The position numbers and the translations under genes are program-made. This document shows, one piece after another, positions 8,754 through 18,205 of a DNA stretch of 64,000 bases. The first letter of the stretch is position 1. Each line of letters starts with the position of its first letter. The DNA lies in NCBI GenBank assembly GCA_007378985.1, contig VMHB01000001.1:252-64251 (forward strand), given 5' to 3'. The notes beneath the pieces were generated by a model. That model saw only the letters and a list, made by a program, of their open reading frames with translations, was not told the DNA's origin and did no database searches. The DNA comes from Parcubacteria group bacterium Greene0714_7 (lineage in GTDB: Bacteria; Patescibacteriota; Minisyncoccia; Phycocordibacterales; Phycocordibacteraceae).

Positions 8754-11699
8754 ATGGTTATCCGGATTGATGTCACACCTACAATTCTGGATGCGCGCGC
8801 CGAAGTGAAGTTGAAAGCATTTCGAGCACTTACAGGTTCAGCGGTTACAAAAGTGCACATTGTTGATTCGTATCTTATTGATGCGAAACTCTCGCCGAGA
8901 CAGGTGTCGCAGGTAGCCCACGCGCTTACTAACAGTGTGACTGAAGCGTCAACGGTGGGGCGCTCAGTCCCGCAGAAATTTGACTGGGCTATTGAGGTAG
9001 GATTTCTTCCTGGGGTTACTGATAATGTTGGCACCACTACCGAGCAAACAGTTGAAGACATTACCAAGCGTTCTTTTAAGGCAGGGGAGAAAGTGTACTC
9101 ACTACAGGTATTTTTTATTGAAGGAGAGTTGTCACGAGCACATGTAGAAAAAATTGTAGCAAGTCTGCATAACCCCCTCATTCAATCTGCACGAGTATAT
9201 GATGCATCACTCAAAGGTAGGAAAACACTAACGAGCATCCCTCGTGTGGAGCTCACAAGTTCATCTCGGGTACTCGAAGTGGATCTTGAGGTTAGCGATG
9301 AAGAGCTTCTCACCATAGGTACTCATGGAATCAAAAATGAGGATGGTACACATCGCGGTCCTTTAGCGCTTGATTTGGATGCACTGCATGCAATCCGCAA
9401 TTATTTTCGCCGACTTCGACGTAGCCCAACTGATGTTGAGCTTGAAGCATTGGCACAAACATGGTCAGAGCATTGCAAGCACACTATTTTTGCAAATCCG
9501 ATTGATTCTATTTCAGAAGGAATCTATAAGAAATATATTAAAGGAGCTACTGCAAAAATTCGCGCAAAGAAGGGAAAGAAAGATTTTTGTGTCTCAGTGT
9601 TTAAAGATAACGCAGGAGGAATTATATTTGATGAGAAATATGTGGTGACACATAAAGTAGAAACACATAACAGTCCATCTGCATTGGATCCTTTTGGTGG
9701 CGCCATTACTGGCATTGTTGGTGTGAATCGCGACACGCTTGGGTTTGGTCTTGGTGCAAAACCCGTTGCAAATGTATATGGTTTTTGTTTCGCGTTCCCT
9801 GAAGACACACGAAAATTGTATAGGGATAAAAATCTGACACAGGAAATGCTTCCACCAAAGCGCATAGCAGAGGGAGTTATTCAGGGAATCAATGCGGGTG
9901 GGAATCAGAGCGGTATTCCAACGCCAAACGGATTCATGCTATTTGACGATTCTTACAGAGGGAAGCCGTTGGTATTTGCAGGCACTGTGGGACTTATTCC
10001 AAAGAAAAACGGTAAACGAATTCTCTATGAGAAGAAGGCAAAATCAGGGGATTACATTGTTATGGTGGGTGGGCGAGTAGGCTTGGATGGTATTCACGGC
10101 GCAACGTTTTCGTCGGTGAGTTTAGATTCAGGAAGTCCTGCAACAGCAGTACAGATTGGAGATGCTATCACTCAAAAGAAATTCTCAGATGCTATTTGCA
10201 AGGAGGCAAGAGATTTGAATTTATATAACAGTATTACCGACAATGGTGCTGGCGGTTTATCTTCTTCGGTTGCTGAAATGGCTCGAGAATCAAATGGGTG
10301 CAGGGTGGATCTTGAAAAGGTTCCGTTGAAATATCCAGGACTTCAGCCGTGGCAGATATGGATTTCAGAATCACAGGAACGCATGACACTCTCGGTTCCT
10401 AAAGGAAAATGGAAGGCTTTTTCAAATTTGATGAAACGGCGAGGTGTTGAGGCAACCATTATAGGAGAGTTCACACACTCTGGCAGGTGTGTGGTTACGT
10501 ACCAAAAAAAGAGCGTGATGGATTTGAAGCTCGAATTTTTGCATGATGGTTTGCCTAAAAAACAAATGCAGAGCAAAAAGCCCGAATGGGTTTTTGAAGA
10601 GCCTAAGCTCACTGAACCTCAAGATTTTTCCAACCAAGTGCTTTCACTCTTGTCTCGCCACAATATTGCTTCGCATGAGTTTTTGGCACGACAATTCGAT
10701 CATGAGGTGCAAGGTGGTTCCGTCATAAAACCAGTACAAGGCGCTGGTCGTGTTACGGGAGACGCGGGCGTGTTTCGTCCACTCCTCTCCTCTAATCGAG
10801 GCGTTGTCTTGTCAAATGGAATTACGCCGTACTATGCAAATCTTGACCCTTACAAGATGGCTACGGCATCAATTGACACTGCTATTCGAGATGCAATCGC
10901 GGTAGGAGCAACATTAGATCACCTAGCGATTCTCGACAACTTCTGTTGGGCATCATCAAACGAGCCTGAGCGCTTGTGGCAACTCAAAGAATCTGCACGA
11001 GCCTGCTACGATTTGGCTACTCTGTATGGAACCCCGTTCATTTCGGGTAAGGACAGCATGTTCAACGATTTCAAGGGGTATGACGAAGATGGAGACTTTT
11101 TGAAAATTTCTATTCTGCCAACACTCTTGGTTTCCACTCTCGGTGTTATACAGAATGTTGGAAAGGCTATTTCAATCGATGTAAAAAATGCTGGTGACAG
11201 TGTGTATGTTTTAGGAGAGACACATGATGAGCTTGGAGGCTCTGAATACTACCGCATGCTTGGAAGTAAGATTGGTGGGGAGGTGCCAGTTGTTGATGGT
11301 AAGAAAAACATGAAGCTCTACCGTGCATTTACAAAGGCCGGCGAGCTTGGGTTAGTAGCTTCAGCTATTTCTGTAGGAAGGGGAGGCTTGGCCGTTGCTC
11401 TTGCTCGTATGAGTATGGCGGGCAAGCAGGGGCTTGATGTAAATCTTTCAGACATTGGAGGTGATGCGAAGCGCGTTGACTCAATTCTTTTTTCTGAATC
11501 GCAAGGACGCATCGCTCTAACAGTTGCTCCTGAAAATGTTGAAAAATTCGAGCATATTTTTGCAGGTATTGTCTTTCATAACGTTGGTACAGTTACGGAT
11601 ACTGGGAAGATTGCTATTGCGTGTTCCAAGCACCATTCGGTACATTTTTCTGTCGAGCGAGCGTTGCAGTCCTATCGTTCAACCTTTAAAAAATGGTAA
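8754..11699 (+). CDS. purL: Phosphoribosylformylglycinamidine synthase PurL carrying an N-terminal PurS-like duplication
   Basis: PurL motifs (NFCWASSNEPE..GKDSMFNDF, AIR-synthase-like domains). The first roughly 200 aa resemble two PurS units. Confidence 0.9.
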   Translation: MVIRIDVTPTILDARAEVKLKAFRALTGSAVTKVHIVDSYLIDAKLSPRQVSQVAHALTNSVTEASTVGRSVPQKFDWAIEVGFLPGVTDNVGTTTEQTVEDITKRSFKAGEKVYSLQVFFIEGELSRAHVEKIVASLHNPLIQSARVYDASLKGRKTLTSIPRVELTSSSRVLEVDLEVSDEELLTIGTHGIKNEDGTHRGPLALDLDALHAIRNYFRRLRRSPTDVELEALAQTWSEHCKHTIFANPIDSISEGIYKKYIKGATAKIRAKKGKKDFCVSVFKDNAGGIIFDEKYVVTHKVETHNSPSALDPFGGAITGIVGVNRDTLGFGLGAKPVANVYGFCFAFPEDTRKLYRDKNLTQEMLPPKRIAEGVIQGINAGGNQSGIPTPNGFMLFDDSYRGKPLVFAGTVGLIPKKNGKRILYEKKAKSGDYIVMVGGRVGLDGIHGATFSSVSLDSGSPATAVQIGDAITQKKFSDAICKEARDLNLYNSITDNGAGGLSSSVAEMARESNGCRVDLEKVPLKYPGLQPWQIWISESQERMTLSVPKGKWKAFSNLMKRRGVEATIIGEFTHSGRCVVTYQKKSVMDLKLEFLHDGLPKKQMQSKKPEWVFEEPKLTEPQDFSNQVLSLLSRHNIASHEFLARQFDHEVQGGSVIKPVQGAGRVTGDAGVFRPLLSSNRGVVLSNGITPYYANLDPYKMATASIDTAIRDAIAVGATLDHLAILDNFCWASSNEPERLWQLKESARACYDLATLYGTPFISGKDSMFNDFKGYDEDGDFLKISILPTLLVSTLGVIQNVGKAISIDVKNAGDSVYVLGETHDELGGSEYYRMLGSKIGGEVPVVDGKKNMKLYRAFTKAGELGLVASAISVGRGGLAVALARMSMAGKQGLDVNLSDIGGDAKRVDSILFSESQGRIALTVAPENVEKFEHIFAGIVFHNVGTVTDTGKIAIACSKHHSVHFSVERALQSYRSTFKKW

Positions 11700-12304
11700 T
11701 TATGGATGATAAAAAGTTCTGGAAAGGAAGATGGAGAGGGAGTTTTATTCTGACACCCAATCCTTTTGCTAAACGTGCATATGTATTAATGAAAAAGAAA
11801 CATGTAAAACGAGTTCTCGATCTTGGATGTGGAGACGGTAGGGACTCAATATATTTTGCTCGTAAAGGAGTCGCCGTTGAGGCATTTGATTTTTCTGAAA
11901 GCGGTATTGAATCCTTAAAAAAGAAGAATCCCAGCATCAAGGCGCACATTGGGGATATTCGGAAATTGCCATTTAAGAAAAATTCATTTGATGCTGTCTA
12001 CGCACACCTTAGCTTGCATTATTTTTCTGATTCAGAAACTGAGAAGATATTTTCTAAACTACATGCCGTGTTAAAGAAAGGCGGATTACTTTTTGTTAAG
12101 TGCAAATCAACTGACGACCTTCTGTTTGGAAAAGGAAAGAAGGTAGCTGAAAATACCTATCGAAGTGGCCATGTTCGGCATTTCTTCACTAAAGACTATA
12201 TGGCAAAACAGCTCAATACTTTTAAGGTTCTTCGGCTTAAGAAGAACTCTTCTTCATATGCATCCTCGAAGTCATCTTTTATAGAAGCGATTGCACAAAA
12301 ATAA
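11693..12304 (+). CDS. Class I SAM-dependent methyltransferase
   Basis: VLDLGCGDGRD matches methyltransferase motif I. Overlaps the purL end by 7 nt and the purQ start by 14 nt. Confidence 0.75.
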   Translation: MVIMDDKKFWKGRWRGSFILTPNPFAKRAYVLMKKKHVKRVLDLGCGDGRDSIYFARKGVAVEAFDFSESGIESLKKKNPSIKAHIGDIRKLPFKKNSFDAVYAHLSLHYFSDSETEKIFSKLHAVLKKGGLLFVKCKSTDDLLFGKGKKVAENTYRSGHVRHFFTKDYMAKQLNTFKVLRLKKNSSSYASSKSSFIEAIAQK

Positions 12305-13094
12305 TATGAAAACTACTCTCTCAAAAAAGGTTCGCGTTCTTGTCTTTTCCGGCTATGGCCTCAACTGTGAAGAGGAGGCGCGCTATGGTTTCGAGCTTGC
12401 AGGGGCAGATGCTGAAATTGTGCACATTAATGACGTCATTGATGGGAAGGTTAAGCTCGAAAAATATCAAATTCTTGCATTCCCTGGAGGCTTTGCATAT
12501 GGGGATGACACTGGTTCGGGTAAGGCATATGCAAACCGTGTAAAAAATCATCTCTCGAAGCCTTTGCAGAAATTTATCAAAGAAAAGAAGCTGATCATAG
12601 GAATCTGTAATGGTTTTCAAATCCTTACACAAATAGGACTTTTGCCAGGCGCACTTACATTCAATGAGTCCAATCGCTATTCTGATAGATGGGTTGATAT
12701 GGAAGTTGAAGGTACGAGCCCTTGGCTAAAAGGGATCAAGAAACTATCAGCACCTATTGGACACGGAGAGGGGAGGTATGTGGCTGATGCAGATACTCTT
12801 CTCAATCTAAAGAAAAAAAATGAAGTAGCACTTCGTTATGTGAAAGGTGAGACGGCAAACTATCAAGACTTGCCTGCAAACCCGAATGGCGCAACAGAAA
12901 ATATTGCTGGCGTACTTTCCCATGAGGGAAGAGTGTTTGGTTTGATGCCACATCCCGACCGTGCACTTTTTACAACAAATCTTCCACACTGGCCGATTCT
13001 TAAGGATCGTTCAAAGCGTTCTGGGGAAATTTTTCCTCAGTATGGTGCAGGTCTCCAGATATTTAAAAATGGAGTGGACTACTTCAATAATTGA
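12291..13094 (+). CDS. purQ: Phosphoribosylformylglycinamidine synthase subunit PurQ (glutaminase)
   Basis: GICNGFQIL with catalytic Cys. HPDR/HPE region. Confidence 0.9.
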   Translation: MHKNNMKTTLSKKVRVLVFSGYGLNCEEEARYGFELAGADAEIVHINDVIDGKVKLEKYQILAFPGGFAYGDDTGSGKAYANRVKNHLSKPLQKFIKEKKLIIGICNGFQILTQIGLLPGALTFNESNRYSDRWVDMEVEGTSPWLKGIKKLSAPIGHGEGRYVADADTLLNLKKKNEVALRYVKGETANYQDLPANPNGATENIAGVLSHEGRVFGLMPHPDRALFTTNLPHWPILKDRSKRSGEIFPQYGAGLQIFKNGVDYFNN

Positions 13095-13282
13095 CTTACC
13101 CGAAGCTGTTGATACCATTACTGTATGATCTTGTATTTTGTAGCAACCAGCGGAGTAATGATGGTAATGATGTTCTCAATGAGAAGGCTGGTTTTGCGCA
13201 CGGTACACATTTAGTTCACAAAGCTCTCGGACAAAACCAGCCTTCGACCCACGAGGGCTTTTTTAAATCAAAACAAAATATG

Positions 13283-13474
13283 TCGAATCTTGAATCAAGA
13301 AATATTACTCACCCTCACCTCGAGTCAGTTTGTGAAATATGTAATGGCACAGGCTACAAAAGTAAAAGCCACAGAGAATATTACATACTCGGCAACCCGG
13401 CATGCCATTTAGAGATACGAAATGTGCCGTGCCCAAAGGGTTGCTTAGGAAAAATTCTTTACCCTAACGGATAG
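13283..13474 (+). CDS. Small Cys-rich hypothetical protein (two CxxC-like pairs). Alternative long start at 13091.
   Basis: CEICNG..CPKGC pattern. Lies downstream of a terminator-like hairpin at 13248-13275. Confidence 0.25.
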   Translation, partial: SNLESRNITHPHLESVCEICNGTGYKSKSHREYYILGNPACHLEIRNVPCPKGCLGKILYPNG

Positions 13475-13742
13475 ATTAGTCACGCGTGATATTCACTTGG
13501 CTAGACTTTTTGTCGACGTCTATCACGCTCGTCACGAATGCGTCTTTTGAATTCTCCAAAATTCTCAGCAAGTCTTTCTGCTTGATCTAAAAGCGCTTCG
13601 AGTGCTGGTATCTCTATACCGCTGAATAGTGGGTCAGGATCCCCAAGGTCTTTGTGTTCTGTTCGTTCACCCATAGTCTGCCGATACTACGGTATAGCCT
13701 TTATTGGGTCAAATAGTGAAGCCTGCTATAATAAAAAAAGAT

Positions 13743-14267
13743 ATGGCACACGCACAAGTTGGCATCATTATGGGATCGGATTCGGACTTGCCGATAATGA
13801 AGGTAGCCCTTGAAGTACTCCATGATTTAGGAATTGAATCTGAAATAACTGCGCTTTCTGCCCATCGTGCCCCCGAAGCTGTTGCGGAATATGCAAAGAC
13901 CGCGGTTGAAAGAGGGTTGAAAGTGATTATTGCAGGAGCAGGCGTTGCTGCACACCTCCCAGGAGTTATTGCTGCTTTCACCCCACTCCCTGTGATTGGT
14001 GTTCCAATAAAAAGCTCTGGTACCGCAGGCATTGATTCACTGTTTGCAATCGCACAAATGCCCCCAGGAGTACCCGTTGCAACTGTTGCAATAAACGGAG
14101 CAAAGAACGCAGGTATTCTTGCCGCACAGATGATTGGCACTGGCGACTCCGCCACCCGTGAAAAAATAGTTGCATTTAAAGCAAAGCTGGAAAAAGAAGT
14201 TTTGGACAAGGCTCAAAAATTGGAAGAAAAAGGATTCGAACGTTACATCAAAGAAAACCTCTCGTAG
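13743..14267 (+). CDS. purE: N5-carboxyaminoimidazole ribonucleotide mutase PurE
   Basis: GIIMGSDSD..SAHR..AGGAAHLPG motifs. TATAAT at 13726-13731 lies just upstream. Confidence 0.9.
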   Translation: MAHAQVGIIMGSDSDLPIMKVALEVLHDLGIESEITALSAHRAPEAVAEYAKTAVERGLKVIIAGAGVAAHLPGVIAAFTPLPVIGVPIKSSGTAGIDSLFAIAQMPPGVPVATVAINGAKNAGILAAQMIGTGDSATREKIVAFKAKLEKEVLDKAQKLEEKGFERYIKENLS

Positions 14268-14366
14268 ACGCCAGCTCCCATTAGCTCCTTTTCCCGTTCG
14301 CTTTTATTTTCCCCATTTTTTCTTTTTCTTAACTTGTCTAATTCGCGCGAATGGTAGAATAATTTT

Positions 14367-14633
14367 ATGAATGAGAAGGAGTTGGAGAGGGTATTGAAAG
14401 CATCGGCAAATCGGCGACGGCTTGCGATCATTAAATTTCTTAAAAAACAGAAAGAAGCCTCAGTTGGAGATATAGCGACAGAAATAAAACTTTCCTTCCG
14501 TGCAACCTCAAAACATTTAGCCCTTCTTACTCACGCAGGGATTATTGATCGGGAGCAGAGGGGGCTCCAGATGTATTACTCGATTATATCCAATCTTCCC
14601 GAAGTAGCTCGACGCATTATTGCTCTCTTGTAG
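14367..14633 (+). CDS. ArsR/SmtB-family HTH transcriptional regulator
   Basis: Winged-HTH signature (VGDIATEIKLSFRATSKHLALL). Confidence 0.8.
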   Translation: MNEKELERVLKASANRRRLAIIKFLKKQKEASVGDIATEIKLSFRATSKHLALLTHAGIIDREQRGLQMYYSIISNLPEVARRIIALL

Positions 14634-14636
14634 TTT

Positions 14637-14676
14637 CAAACTATTCGCTTATTCGCACGAATAAGCGAATAGTTTG
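14637..14676. repeat. Perfect 19-bp inverted repeat with a 2-nt centre (CAAACTATTCGCTTATTCG ca CGAATAAGCGAATAGTTTG). Could be an operator or a terminator.
   Basis: Read directly. Starts 3 nt after the arsR stop. No T-run follows. Confidence 0.6.
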
Positions 14677-14748
14677 GTGAGGGTGTGCGTGTGCGGTGAT
14701 TGAGTGTAAGGGTTTAAGTTAGAGCATTTTTTCGGGTATAGTATCCCT

Positions 14749-15876
14749 ATGACTTCCGACCAATCAGCGTATGCGAAAGCAGGGGTGGACTATACGAAGC
14801 TAGAGCCGTTCAAGCAGGCGATGATTGCGGCGGGGAAGCGCACGACTAGTTTCCCAAACAAGAGAAATGTATTTATTGCAGAAGATGTGATGCATGCGCA
14901 TGGCGCAGTGTATGAATATAGAGGCAAGGAAGAGCATATTTGGTGTACGACGCAGGAAGGACTTGGAAACAAAAACTGGATTGCTGAGTGGATGTATCAG
15001 CATGAGGGCACGGGCAAAACTTATTACGACGCCATTGCTATCGACACAGCTTTGATGATTGTGAACGATGTTATTGCACAAGGGGCGATGCCAGTGGTTT
15101 TTTGTGATCACATTGATGTAGGTACAAGCGAGTGGTTTGCAGACGATAAGAGGAACAAAGATTTAGCGGATGGTTTTTATAAAATATGTGAAGAGGTAGG
15201 CATGGCGCTTCCAGCAGGGGAGTCAGCACCTTTGAAATATTTGTTGAAATCAGAACCCCCAGTAACGTCGGCACCTTCTCTTTCAGGCTCGGTGACGGGC
15301 ATCATTTCTCCAAAGAGTCGTCTTATTACAGGGAAAAAACTTGGAGTAGGTGATCACATCATTGCGGTTGCATCGTCGGGGTTGCACTCTAACGGCGTTT
15401 CATTAGTTATTCAAAAGGCACTTGAATTGCCAGAAAAGTTTTTAACAAAACTTCCAAACGGCAACACACTTGGAGCTGAGGCACTCATTCCTACACGCTC
15501 GTACGTTGCACTCATTGAAGCTTTGCTTGAAGCAGGTATTGATATTCATGCGCTCCTCCCTGGAACGGGGGACGGCGTAGGGAAGCTGGCATTTGATAAG
15601 CGTTCTTTTACCTACCGTGTTCATTCTTGGCTCAAGGTTCCAGATCTGTTTATGTACTTTAAAGATGTGCTCAATGTGCCTTTGAAAGATTGCCTCAAAA
15701 CATTCAACTGGGGCGCAGGGTATTACATTTTTGCATCAGCTTCAGAGGTGGAAAAAATAATTTCAATTGGTACTAAGGCTGGCTATACACTTGCAGATGT
15801 TGGCATCGTGGAGGAAGGCAAACGAGAAGTTATTTTCGAGCCTGAAAATATAACCCTTCCTCCTCCGGGGGAATAG
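14749..15876 (+). CDS. purM: Phosphoribosylformylglycinamidine cyclo-ligase (AIR synthetase) PurM
   Basis: AYAKAGVDYTK N-terminus and a PurM-type AIRS domain. Confidence 0.85.
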   Translation: MTSDQSAYAKAGVDYTKLEPFKQAMIAAGKRTTSFPNKRNVFIAEDVMHAHGAVYEYRGKEEHIWCTTQEGLGNKNWIAEWMYQHEGTGKTYYDAIAIDTALMIVNDVIAQGAMPVVFCDHIDVGTSEWFADDKRNKDLADGFYKICEEVGMALPAGESAPLKYLLKSEPPVTSAPSLSGSVTGIISPKSRLITGKKLGVGDHIIAVASSGLHSNGVSLVIQKALELPEKFLTKLPNGNTLGAEALIPTRSYVALIEALLEAGIDIHALLPGTGDGVGKLAFDKRSFTYRVHSWLKVPDLFMYFKDVLNVPLKDCLKTFNWGAGYYIFASASEVEKIISIGTKAGYTLADVGIVEEGKREVIFEPENITLPPPGE

Positions 15877-15885
15877 CTTCTTCTT

Positions 15886-16647
15886 ATGTTTGAAAAAATT
15901 ATTAGCACTATGAAAGAAATTTTTGGAGAGACTAATGAATTTGTGCGCTCTACACAAATGGCACTGGAAGAACGCATAACTTCTCCGTTCTATGGGTATT
16001 TTTTTGTATCTTGGTTTTTGTGGAACTGGCAATTATTCTATGTCGCTCTTTTTTTAGACCAGAAAAATATTTTTGAAAAAACTGGTTTATTACGAAATGA
16101 ATATCTAATATCTTTATTTCCAACTTCTTACAGTTTTGAATTCTGGCTACGTTTTTTTATTGGCCCTTTACTACTTACTGTTTTTTTCTTTTGGCTTTTT
16201 CCTTATGGGACAAGGTTGTTTTTTAGAAAAAGTATTAAAAATCAAAACGCCCTTAAAATAATTGAATTACAGGAAAGTCAAAAAGAAACACGGGAAGAAA
16301 AAGGCTTAGTGAAAGAAGAGACCGCTCTCATAAAAGAGAAAATTGAAAAAGCCAAAGAAGAAAAAAAGGCTGAAATTGAAACTCCTGAAGTTTTATGGGA
16401 AAAAGAGTTTGTGAGTTTATTTGAGAATAATTCTGATGAATTTAGTAAATTAGAACAATTACAAGAACATGCTTATGGTAATTCCTATCTTGCTGATTGG
16501 CAGATTAAGGCGATTTCGTTTTTCCATGTTATTGGTCTTTTTACATTTGAAAGCGGGAAACAACTGATAAATTTAACAGATAAAGGAAAATTCTTTTTAA
16601 AAAGATTTATTGAAACAAGAAAGGGAGGTAATCTTATTCCATTTTAG
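15886..16647 (+). CDS. Hypothetical membrane protein with a Lys/Glu-rich coiled-coil segment
   Basis: Transmembrane helices followed by KEEK-rich repeats. Inserted between purM and purC. Confidence 0.45.
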   Translation: MFEKIISTMKEIFGETNEFVRSTQMALEERITSPFYGYFFVSWFLWNWQLFYVALFLDQKNIFEKTGLLRNEYLISLFPTSYSFEFWLRFFIGPLLLTVFFFWLFPYGTRLFFRKSIKNQNALKIIELQESQKETREEKGLVKEETALIKEKIEKAKEEKKAEIETPEVLWEKEFVSLFENNSDEFSKLEQLQEHAYGNSYLADWQIKAISFFHVIGLFTFESGKQLINLTDKGKFFLKRFIETRKGGNLIPF

Positions 16648-16655
16648 AAATATCC

Positions 16656-17585
16656 ATGAATGTCATTAAAGAAACAAATTTCGAAGGTTTAGGAAAGAGA
16701 ACACAGGGGAAGGTGCGGGATATTTATGAGCAACCGGCACAACTTCTTTTGGTGACGACGGACAGGCATTCATCTTTTGACAGGATCATTGCGCACATTC
16801 CACATAAAGGTGCGGTCTTGAACCTCATCAGTGCATTTTGGTTTGAGCTTACGAAAGATATTGTTCCTAATCAGCTCATTGAAGTGCCTGACTCGAATGT
16901 GATTGTTGCAAAACGAGCACAGCCTTTCTTGGTAGAGGTAGTGGTGCGAGGATATTTGACGGGTGTTACCGACACCTCTATATGGACCAACTACCAGAAA
17001 GGGAAGCGAGACTTCGGAGGAATTACCTTGCCCGACGGAATGACAAAGAACATGCCACTTCCTCGTGCGATCATTACGCCAACAACAAAAGCTGGGCACG
17101 ATGAAAACTTAGATCTTTCGGAAGTGGTACCGCGAGGACTTGCAACTGCAGAGCAGTGGGCTGAGATGCAACGTGCTGCACTTGCCTTGTTTGCTCGTGG
17201 ACAAGAGCACGCATCCTCAAAAGGATTTATTCTTGTTGATACAAAATATGAGTTCGGTCTTCATGATGGGAAAGTCATTCTTATCGACGAAGTGCACACG
17301 CCTGATAATTCACGCTACTGGCTCAAGAGTTCTTTTGAAGAGCGTATAGCGAAAGGGGAGGAGCCAATGGCGTTTGATAAAGAGTTTTTGCGTATTTGGT
17401 TTAAAGAAAACTGCGACCCATACAACGATGCCACTCTTCCAGAAGCTCCAGAGGAGATGGTGACGGAGCTTTCTCGCAGGTACATTGAGATATACGAAAC
17501 TCTCACGGGAGCTAAGTTTTCGGTAGACGAGAGCATGCCCCCACTAGAGAGGATGCAAAAGAATCTTGAGAAGTATATGCTGTAA
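16656..17585 (+). CDS. purC: Phosphoribosylaminoimidazole-succinocarboxamide synthase PurC
   Basis: GKVRDIY, LLLVTTDRHSSFD and VVRGYLTG motifs. Confidence 0.9.
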   Translation: MNVIKETNFEGLGKRTQGKVRDIYEQPAQLLLVTTDRHSSFDRIIAHIPHKGAVLNLISAFWFELTKDIVPNQLIEVPDSNVIVAKRAQPFLVEVVVRGYLTGVTDTSIWTNYQKGKRDFGGITLPDGMTKNMPLPRAIITPTTKAGHDENLDLSEVVPRGLATAEQWAEMQRAALALFARGQEHASSKGFILVDTKYEFGLHDGKVILIDEVHTPDNSRYWLKSSFEERIAKGEEPMAFDKEFLRIWFKENCDPYNDATLPEAPEEMVTELSRRYIEIYETLTGAKFSVDESMPPLERMQKNLEKYML

Positions 17586-17792
17586 GAAGTATGTCGTTTT
17601 CGCCTGAAGTATGGCGAGAGGGTTTGGCTCCAGCTGTTGTTCTTGGGGGTGTAGCGGGTGCATCCTTCTTACTCTATCTGTTAGGAGGGGAGAAGGTCTC
17701 CAAGTGGCTTGAAAAGAGAGGAAAAAAGCAAAAAATGAAGGATTGACGAGTACTGTAAAAGCTATATATAGTGTCATTGTGGCGATTCAAAG

Positions 17793-18107
17793 ATGGTATG
17801 GAAGACTCTTGACAAAAGACTGCTAAACTGCTACTATAAACATATGATAGAAAATCTAAGTTCACCAGACGCTGTTGAGGGAGCCTTTGTGGTTTCGGCT
17901 GGTTTGGCTGGAATTGCACTTGCAGGCCTAGCTTCACAGTTTCCTTTTCTTGCACGCTTTGCGAAGGCAGCTCGAGATATTAAGCGAGAACAGCAAGTTG
18001 AGCGATTTCAGGATGCCGCTCGCGTACGACGCACCCAAGAACAGCGTGCAGACGCTGGTGTTAGGCTCATTGCTTGGCAGAAGGAGAACGGAATTGATGT
18101 AAATTAA
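17793..18107 (+). CDS. Hypothetical small protein
   Basis: ORF only. Confidence 0.3.
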   Translation: MVWKTLDKRLLNCYYKHMIENLSSPDAVEGAFVVSAGLAGIALAGLASQFPFLARFAKAARDIKREQQVERFQDAARVRRTQEQRADAGVRLIAWQKENGIDVN

Positions 18108-18205
18108 AAGTTTACTTAGTATCGATTGCACTTCATCCATTCTCGAGGTATTCTCTAAAAAGCTCCGTGCGGAGCTTTTTTCTTAGACGAACTTTCAATA
18201 AAAAT

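Noticed and set aside
13091-13140. Sigma70 promoter (TTGACT / TATGAT) right after purQ
   Set aside because: The spacing between the candidate -35 and -10 elements is 31 nt, or 9 nt with the alternative -35. Neither is compatible with a functional promoter.
13709-14209. 166-aa minus-strand ORF opposite purE
   Set aside because: Antisense to purE. The Ala/Gly-rich content reflects the GC-rich purE codons.
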